DNA from: Paraspadella gotoi
Lineage: Eukaryota; Animalia; Chaetognatha
DNA length: 64,000 nt
Reading direction: 5' to 3'
NCBI GenBank assembly: GCA_051294375.1
Contig: CM119268.1
Location: forward strand, 12,965,770 to 13,029,769
Shown here piece after piece: positions 54,500-64,000 of the stretch. The notes beneath the pieces are model-generated. The model worked only from the letters and a program-made list of their open reading frames with translations. It was not told where the DNA came from and ran no database searches. The position numbers and the translations under genes are program-made. Each line of letters begins with the position of its first letter. The first letter of the stretch is position 1.

Positions 54500-57400
54500 C
54501 TAATCGGTACACATGGGGGCGTTGACGTATCCAAAAACGTTCATTTCTATGAGCGTCGACAACGCGACGAAAATCATGTAGACGACCATAAAGGAAGTTC
54601 CTAACTTCCAGTCGAGTACCCAGTGATTAAGATGAACGGTAACAAGCTGAAATGTATGAGGGGGTTTAAAAGTTAAAACATCATAATGTGGTCAACGCAT
54701 ATCTCACCTCACCACTTATTCTGTTCAAAAACTCAAGTCTCATCGGTTGCCGCAACTGACAAGAGATACCAAAATCGACTTACGGTGAAAACAACGGTGA
54801 AAAAGAGGAGGGAGACGGAAAATATGATTCCATTGCTGTTGATATATGCGATGGAACCGGGGTGAACAATGGCGGTGGTGAGAAACCACGGTAAAGCTAG
54901 TCCGATGAGAATGTCGAACACATTAGAACCGATCGAGTTCGAAACCGCCATGTCGCCCTGTCCTGAGAGTCGTGGAAAGTAAGTTTTAGCCTTTTCCTTC
55001 TCTTCGCGTAATATTCTTCGCGTTTCGCTACTTACCTTGTCTGGCGACGATGAGCGAAGCCATCGCGTCGGGGATCGAAGTTCCGGCCGCAAGAAAAGTG
55101 ATGCCCATCACGCTGTCGGGAATCCCCATCGTGTAACCGATAAGACAAACCTTCAAAAGGAATGAATATCGTAATGTCAGTGCTTTTTAGTCGACAAGAA
55201 TCCAGACTGACGATAAGTCGAAGGTCGGATAAAATTTATTTTAGGGCTACGATCATTGAGAAAATTCAGAACTCACCATCCAGACCATGATGTAGGAGAA
55301 AACGGCTATCCAAACAATGGCCATAAAGAAACCCAGCATGTACCATCGCTCCCACCTATAATTATAATAGTAACCATTATTTTAACGACTGACCTTTAAA
55401 AAGTGTGAAATTGTGGATTTATGTCTTTACCTTTTCTTTCTACAGTCGGGGACTGTGTAATACAATAATACGTTTATTGGGAAGCTGACGATCCACCTCA
55501 ACACGCCCAATATCCCAGACTCTGAAGTATGTAACAGGTTTTATTTACTGTAGTAAGTTAAAGGATCTAAAATTTTTTTTTGTTAACCACCTTTAAAACT
55601 AGGCACTTTCAACCATTCGTGATAGACGACTTCTTCTTGATCGACAGGAAGTCCAAGAGGTGCTTGCCTTTATGATGAAATGTGGAGAAATATATTATTG
55701 ATGGCAATAATTGAAACAATTTATTCATAAAACCTTCGCGGACTCTCAGTAAAACTAACCATGAGTTATTGCGTACAGCTTTGGTGTACGAATTTGCGTC
55801 ACTTTCCCTGCTGAGCTGACGGAAACTCGAGTAGCGCTTGCGTCGCCACGACGTGGAACGGCTCATTTCGTAGCGCAGGAGTTGATTCTGGATTCCCGGT
55901 TGACATTTGAAAATGAATACGTAGCCAAAAACTTTTTCCCAACTTTTGACCCTTATAATATCAAATTTGCGGGAAAAAATAATATATAATGTCCAAAGTC
56001 AGGGGCAAGATAGCTTGTTTATTAAATGAATATATATATTTTTATATTGGTTGTACCAATTTCATATAAAATAATATAAAATAATATATATTCGGTAATA
56101 TTTTTTTTCTCTTTACCTCTGCAATGATGACCCTGGCGGCCATCCTGAATCTCGTGCGTCCTCGGAACTGGCGACCCATCATCACCCGCAGCGCCATATC
56201 CGGCCACGAAACTCTATAAGTAGAAAACTCAATCGGTGATGAAATCCAAATCCTACGTATAGTTTGTTTATAAGTGGCGCGCTTACTTTCTGTTCGAGCG
56301 TCGAATGATTTCGTCAGTAGCGAACTGTTCGACGGCGGCTCCGTTGCCCATTTGTTTCATCGGAATCGACGACGGAGCGACCTCTTCGTCTTCCTTCATC
56401 ACCTCTGTTCACGGTTAGGCGAAAAGTTGGTGGGGGGGGGGAAGAAATGTTGGAAAAGGTGTTAAAAAAAGGCTGTGTGCTCTTTCGGCCGGTATTTTAT
56501 TTTGTGGTGTTTGCTACAGAAGCTAGAATGCAAGAGTACGAAACTGACAGTTTATGTCAGTTACAGAATTACTGTCATAGAACATTTTAGGAATCTAATC
56601 AATTTGATCATTATTTTTTTCAGAACTAATAAGCCTTTTAGCGAAACAACAGCATACGAACTTCCCTTATGATTCATGAACAAAGAAACTTCAGACATTT
56701 TTAACTGTCAGCTTTAAAAGTGCATAAAAAAAAGACAGGCCCCATTCGGCGTGCTGGGTTTGAAATAATACTAGTCGAAATACAAACGTTGAGAACATTA
56801 CTCGTTGAGAGCTCGACATGACAAAACGGGATATATTAGTGGGTAGGATCTAAGGTCGACTGGTTAGCGGTGTATCCGGCGTCCAAAGCGGAAATAGCGT
56901 GTGAAAAAAAAACAAAGCGCGGCTTTTTTTTCTCTTGCACCAGTCGTTTTACCTTTTAAATGACAAAAATAAAAGAATAAGCTATGGAAAAAATATTTCT
57001 AGATTCTATTGTGAACAATGCGCGGAGCAAGAGTTGGTTCATCGCCGCTTATCGTATCGGCGTATATGCAATAAAAGTAGCGCATTCGTGAAAACAATCG
57101 TCGCATGCTTTCAGTGATGGGAGCGGAAAACGTAAAGGTGGCGGAAGGGGGGGTTACAACTTTTACGTTAACGACGGAACCCCAAGACAGGTCGATCGGT
57201 CGTAACGCGATCTTTCGAACCCCGGGAAAATAAAAAGAAGGAACACAACCCAAAAAAAGCATAACGCTTAAGATGGGGAGGAAAAGGGGCAGGGGAAAGG
57301 AGTATTGTCGGCTGGCATCGCTCGTTTTTCTGACTAAAGTTGGGTTGTCTTTGGTCACGGGGTTTATTGGATTTCTTTGGCTGCCGTTAGGGGGATTCAT

Positions 57401-60400
57401 CAGAATGGTTTAGGCTTTTCGGTGTATTGGTAGGAATAAGTTGGTTGTTTGCTCAGGGGCCGACACAAAAGCTGTACACATTGGTGGCCATCGAGTGCAA
57501 AACGATGGAAACTGTGATTTAAAAACGGAGTGCACATTCTAAATTGCGAATTCGACGGGTCGTGACAGTTTTTAGCCAGACGATCTGCAGTCTAAGAAAT
57601 TGGAAACGAAAACTAAACGAAATTAATCTGGTAGTGCTCTCTAATAACAAACCAAAAGTAACAAGTTTGCTTGAAAGGTCGAATCGTGAACAAATTCTCC
57701 CTTCTACTTTCTAATTTGTTTGATGCAATAATTGAAACAAAATCGTTTGGAATCGACCTTCCAATGATTACGGTGTAGGTGGAATTAAAATGTCCGACGG
57801 GGACGAACGACGCGTTGTTGCTGTTATTTATTAGTTTGTTTGTTTTTATTTTTATATCTAATCTTGGAGACATAATTCACGCCGCTTCACCGTCGGACAA
57901 ACATTTCGCAGAAACCAGCGATGGAAAGCTTTCTCGCGTAAAACTAAGGATACCTTTATGTTCATTATCACGATGGTTGTTATTGAGAGCGATTCTATAG
58001 CTTAAGGACGTGGAGGTAGATCGAGCAACTGTGGGATTGCTAGCGTGTGGGCTCATGGGAGAGTTCAGTGGGTGTGCGGGTGGACTGGCCAGACCGTTGG
58101 GTGGCGGGGGGGAAACGAGGGACCGGGTCCTGCTTTTCGTCGTCGTCTGGGTAAATTCAGATCTTTGTCGAACCGAAAAATCGGCGACGCGATCCAGCGA
58201 CGCCTCGACGGCGGCGGGGGCGGAGTCGCGGGCGCGCCGCCGACTCACCACTTCGCCTCCGCCTCGACGCGGCGACACTGACACGGGGACTATGGAAGGG
58301 CCCGCCGGGTACGAGTAGCGCTGAAGACCACCTCCAACGCTTCCGTGGATGGCGTGGACGGGGCCGAGGGATTGTGGACTAGATGAGGGGGGGAAGAACT
58401 GACCGTGGGTCGAAGGGTTAGGGTGGGCGTGGTGGGGGCTCCCGGAAGCCGGAAAAAACTGGGCGGGCGAGACGGGGGTGATGTTCTGCTGATGATGAGG
58501 GCTGGGAACGGGGTAGGGCTGGCCAGTGGCAGCTGAGGTCAATATGGGAGGGAGAGGGTGGTGGTGCGGACTGGGTGGAATCACCGGGACTCCGCCCGGT
58601 GATGATAACGACGATGAATGATACTCTTCATTGTGGAAAGAAAAAAGGAGGAAGAGGAAAAAAGTTATGTTCTTGATACGCCTTGTTTTCCTTACGGAAA
58701 TAGCAAAATTTCAAAAATGATTGGGGGGAAAAATATTTTTTTTAAACAAACGCACCTAGTATTAGCGTTTCACTTGAATATTTTCCATCACCAATGAAAT
58801 TAAGTATAGTGAGGGAGATAAATTTACATTCTGTTAATGATTCATAAATTCATAAATTACATTTCGACTCACAATAGGAAATAGTAAATGATGCGTCAGA
58901 TTACATACTTGAACAACATTGAGATAACATGTTCACAATATGTCTTTTTAAGGATTAACATGAGCTGAAAAGGGTTTTTTGCCTTACATAATTTTAGTCA
59001 TACCGAGTAGTTATTTCTCGTATCGTTTTCAAGTATGACTGTAATAAATTGTAATTGAAGCGCAGTTTGTTTACCACGAGCGTATATAACAAAATTAGTT
59101 TAATTAATACGTTAAAGGTCTACAAGAATACGAGCGAAACCAATCGCCAAAATTTCAGTTCTGCGCGGTATTTTCTATTCATTTCTCTTCAGCCTTCAAC
59201 TAATCTAATCGGCATGACTATTAATTTTACTCTTTTTCCTTTCCCTCACATATTCTTTTCTCGTCCCTCACCGTAATTTCCGTAGTACTTTCTCTCGTTT
59301 TGCGGCGGTAGAATCCCGGCCGCCGATGAAGCGGCGGCGGCCGGCGCGTCTGTAACGTCGCCTGACTTGTTCGTCCGTTTCGAGACAAAATCGTAGATTT
59401 GCGAGTTAAATCTGCAAATTTATGGTTATTTTTGACAATTTCTTTTACGGAGGTATGGTACTTGAAATATGTATTAGTAATGCCTCGGAACGAGTCACTT
59501 CAACACTTACTTCATGATGAGAATGTAAAATACATAGAGAGAGAGCATGATACACGACTCCCACCACGTCACTTCCGAGTCGTAAATGCACTGAAAAGAA
59601 AAACACGAAAAGAAAGAAATAGTGGGCTTTCTAAAATAATGTTGATTATTGAAAACGATATCAAATTATACAAAATGAATTCCTAACTTACTGCCATGAG
59701 AAGCGCGACCGATAACGCATAAAACGTGCTATCCCGAAACAGCGGCCACCACGAAAGTTGCACCGCCTGTGAGGGATCCAACATATATATATTTTTTTAA
59801 TTACCTACAGCATTTTTAATTATCTTTATTTCAGAATTCCTTTACCCTAGAGACTTAAATTGGGTCTCATTTTGTATCAATGTGGTATAGATTTAATATT
59901 AGTTTGCTTAGGTACGTTGTTAAACTAATAAAGAGATTGTTTCAACGTCTTACAACAGAAGAAATGTAATATACGCGTATATTATTAATATATATATAAT
60001 ATTATATATATATAAAATTCTATGAAGTTTTTAAATTAAAAAAATATATAAAATCAACTGACGTTTGTTTAAAAAATAATCCCTTTATTAATATTATTAA
60101 TAAATTTTTTAAACAAACGTCAGTTGATTTTATATATTTTTTTAATTTAAAAACTTCAGAATTTTAAAAGGCAATACAATGGGCAATACAAAATATTATA
60201 TTTTTTATGCCTTAAAACTTGTTACAGGTTTTGTTTTAACTACATTTTCAATTATCTCGATTAACATTTTTTGGCTGTCATGAGTATTCTAAAATTCAAA
60301 ATAACAAAAATTTGATTTTATTTTAAAAAGGAAAAAAAATGCCATATTTGTTTTTTCTTAAGTACTTTTTGAAAGTCATTAAATAAAGAAGACTCATTCC

Positions 60401-62645
60401 AAATGAGTTATGAAAATATGCAAATTACTTGTTTCACTTTTTTCTATTTTTATATTTTATGAAGGATTTAGTATTTAATCTATATTATTTAAACAAATAT
60501 ATATTTCTTTCTTTCTATATAATTTTTTACTTATCATTATATATAATAACTCAATTTGGGAAGGGGAAGTCAGTGTTGTCTTCTGGAAATAGAGGGAGCA
60601 TCTATACAACACAAGGTTAGATTACAATCTATATTATACATCATAAGAAATGCCAAACTGAGATTTTCAAAACCGACTATCATTAATGCTTAAACTCTAC
60701 GGTTTCATAGATAAGCTCTCCCTAAATGTTACAATCGAAAAAAATCATGCTGTATGTAAACTATACGTCCACACTGCATTAATCGTCATGAAAAAAAATT
60801 TTCTTTTTACACTTTTCGATTCTCCATCATAATCATTGCATTCGTAAATTATGAATAACCTGTCCGGCGCAAAGGCCGCAAATGCCGACGACGAAGAGGA
60901 TGTTGAAGACGGCGGAACCGACGATGGTTCCGGTCCCGACGTCTCCCTTGGCGACGAAAACCCCTATGGAGTTCAATTGTTTTAGAAATCCTCCAGTCTC
61001 ACTTTATTTACAATATCGTGACAAATTGTGAGATAACTAACCTATGATGGAGGTAAAAAGCTCCGGCGCCGACGATCCCGCCGCCATGAAGGTGGCGCCG
61101 GCGACGTCTTCGCCAAGATTTAGGCGCTGAAGTCGACGAAGGGAAATGAATTTTTATTTTAGCCTCCGGAAGGAAAAGAGTGTATTGTGTATTTTGTAAG
61201 CGGTCAGTCATGATTTATGTTTATCATTAATAATTTATTATCGTGTTCATTTTTACGTGCAAAACGTAAAGCCCCGGTTTACTGTCCTACAATTTTTTTG
61301 TTTTTTTTTCTACTTCCTCCTCTTTCCTTTCCTACAACGCGTCCTTGTCGGAAACAATCGGTGAAACATGACAACATTCACCCACCATTTCCCTCCCCCC
61401 ACCACAACTCCGTCCACCGCGATGACTAACCTCACAAATCTTTTCGAGCGAAGGTACGAAATAATCGTCGCAGATGATGGCCAAACCCAGGAACATGAAG
61501 CAGACGCAGGTGATGTGGAGTGCGATGGCGCCCTCCGCTCGCTGCTTGATGGTAAATAAGTCCTGTGGAAATTCGTGGTAGGCTGGCCATTGGGGGGGTA
61601 AAGGAGAGCGAGATAATGGGGAAGTAGGGTAATCGATGTGTTGGAATGAAAAAAAATATGAGAGGAAGAGGACAAAATAAATAAAGAGAGGAAGAAAAAA
61701 AGTAGGAAAATTGGGGGGGGGAATGGATAAGAAAAAAAAATATGTTCACAAAAAGACAAATAACATCAGACTGGAAAATGGGGCGTAAAAGAATATCATA
61801 AGTGCGAAAATCTGATTTCTTTAAGGAGATCACGATGATTTAATTACTCATTGCCTCGTAGTAAAAAAAATTGTACTTAAAGTTAAACTCGAAATTTTCA
61901 CAAAACAAATCCTCTCCCAATTCCGTGATCTTTTTTTTTTACCTGGCGGCGAACAATTTCGCTTGGCGTGGCTCGATTTTTCATCGCCCTTTGACTCATC
62001 CTCTTCGTCCGGGGGAAAATCATCATCATCTTCCGATTCCTGACCGTAGTATTGGAAGTCGACTCCGTAGTCCTTATAGGAAATTTAGGGAGAGTTTTCG
62101 TTGGGTATTCGGCGGGGAACGTTGATGACGCCGATTTATTTATTTTTTGACTTTCGCCTCGTGATACTTTTCTAAATCTACTTATCTATAACCTTTGGCT
62201 TTAAGTTTATAAAGAAAAAGGAAAAAGCGGGAAAGGGGCCGGGGGAGTTTACAAAAGGTCGACGGAAAAAAATAAACTAAAGAAAAGTTCGTTCATGAAA
62301 TTTTTTTTAAAACGTAAAACCCTTGGGAGAAATTCATCTCTTGAGATCTGTAATTGTTTATTGTCCGTTGAGGGTAATTCGAATAATAAAAAGACTGACG
62401 AATTTTTATTTGAGACTCTCCCGAGTCCAGAGGTAAGAAAGATTGGAGATTGAAATTATGGCAAAATTATGACATTAATAATAGTATTGATAATAAACAA
62501 ACTATTTCTTACGGGGTCGTATCGCTTGAATCTCCTAGCGCGGTCTTCCCCTGACGTCCGACGTAGATAGCTCTTGCTTCTAACGTTGAGAAGTTGCCGA
62601 GAATTGGCGGCTATGAGAGACGATGCCAACGACGATGTCAGATCT
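54500..62645 (-). CDS. SLC24A3: K+-dependent Na+/Ca2+ exchanger, NCKX3/4-like; 5' end unresolved (may extend to about 63850 or beyond the window)
   Basis: [15 protein letters not shown]; [18 protein letters not shown]; alpha-1 [20 protein letters not shown]; [12 protein letters not shown]; WWPLFRDS; alpha-2 [18 protein letters not shown] and [17 protein letters not shown]; ends YVNAPMCTD*. Confidence 0.92.
60013..60166. repeat. AT-rich palindrome (about 63-bp arms) in an SLC24 intron
   Basis: ...AAATCAACTGACGTTTGTTTAAAAAA / TTTTTTAAACAAACGTCAGTTGATTT...; no hammerhead core. Confidence 0.75.
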
Positions 62646-64000
62646 GAAAAATAGAGGTTATATGGATGAATGAAAATCGTGAAAAATTTGGCTGGTTTTT
62701 AGATTTACCTCCGAAAAAATTCAAATACATGTAAACAAATATGCCAACTTTTATTTCCCAAGTTTTTAAATTCATCCTTTAGTTTTTCGGTTTTACTTAT
62801 TGCTAATTAATATTAACAGGATCCAGAAAATATTCAAATACAGTTAAAAATTATAAGCTACGACAGGAGTTACAGTCATGAATCAACTCTCCCGTGGTTT
62901 TGTCTTTGTTGTCTCTTTGTTCGCCTCATTTTCGATTTTTTTTTTAATTAGCCTCGTATCAGTCAGATCCCCTGCTTCCCTTAAGGCTTAAGGTTCAAAG
63001 CTTTTGGGTAAAAATCCCGGAAACACTTTCCTCGCCCGTGAACGAGATGTTTTCGAAGGATAAAGGGAGTAGAGGGGGGAGGGTGGGGGCGTTGTGGGGG
63101 ATTAGGGAAGGAAGGGATTGAAAGATCGGCGGGGAATGAAGAGAAAAGAAGCAAAGTTGTGAAAAAGCGAAGAGGAACTTGCATCATTCGTGTTCCTGTT
63201 GTAAAAATGTTGGACCGGGAATCGTGGAAATACTGCTTTATTGTTATGTTGTGATTCCATCTTTGTCTGATTTCGATTCGTGGAAAAAGAAAGTGGAGGG
63301 GCCCGCCATTTTTCTCCATGCCTGTGTGGTCACTGGTTATGACTTAGGTCCTTTAAAAATTAACGGGAAATGAGAGGAAGTAACAAAAATTTAAAGGACA
63401 GAAAAAATAATAAATAATAAATAAATAATAATAATAATAATAAATTGTAAATAATAGAGCAAACAGCGGAGTAAAATTCCTTTTTTAACGATCGACCGAA
63501 AAAAATATTATAATTATTATAATATACAAAATAGGGAAGCCAAGCTCTCTGGGAGTTCATAAACTCGACTGAGAAAGTCTTGATTAAAAGCTTGCAGGGT
63601 CTTGCGATGTTATTATCTTAACCAATCAAAGCCTGTCAAAGATAGCTGTAAGATAGCTTGTTCATTGAATGAATAAATAATTTTATATTGGTTGTACAAA
63701 TTTCATACTTATACATTTTGAAACGTATGAACTATGATGAAAAGTAAAAATAGTGGATGTGTGTTACAGATTGCTTGTTTCCCCTTCTCGCCGCCCGAGC
63801 TCTGCACGATCTTTGTTGGCAGGGGTGCGGCTCCTATCCGATTCCATTTTCTTTTAAATCGCGGTTGGCAAGGTACGAAGAGTCTTCGTACTACGAAGAC
63901 TGTTAAGTTAAAACGCGAAAGAAATGGGTACTTGCGAACCGAAGGTAATTTTCTCACTGGAGATTTCATCGGATATCTAAAACCGGACGCGACTATAAAA

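Noticed and set aside
55995-56070. Recurrent TATATTGGTTGTACCAATTTCATA hairpin motif (also near 34394 and 63685)
   Set aside because: Probably the end of another small repeat family; too little sequence to classify or to claim a regulatory role.

Overview
Eukaryotic (animal, probably invertebrate) genomic DNA from a compact genome: short AT-rich introns, mostly 50-100 nt, and GC-richer exons. The supplied ORF track is therefore mostly exon fragments; the gene models below were spliced by hand. Plus strand: 3' part of an IP3 receptor (ITPR), JAGN1, RNF8, PITHD1, WDR7 (with an intronless GT10 alpha-1,3-fucosyltransferase nested in one intron), POLR1H/RPA12, importin alpha-3 clade (KPNA3/4), PEX14 and DCAF6. 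Minus strand: an orphan membrane protein, a triple ricin-B lectin, and a K+-dependent Na+/Ca2+ exchanger (SLC24A3/4-like). Large introns and the 46-53 kb gap hold non-autonomous transposons: Tc1/mariner and hAT MITEs, Helentron-like elements, tRNA-box-containing TRIM/solo LTRs with 4-bp TSDs, a split-direct-repeat (Ngaro/PAT-type) element, and Penelope-type hammerhead palindromes. The most interesting candidate is the signal-peptide-less lectin ending in two tandem acidic LIR/AIM motifs, a possible single-chain glycan-sensing autophagy receptor. All family assignments come from motif recognition, not database searches.
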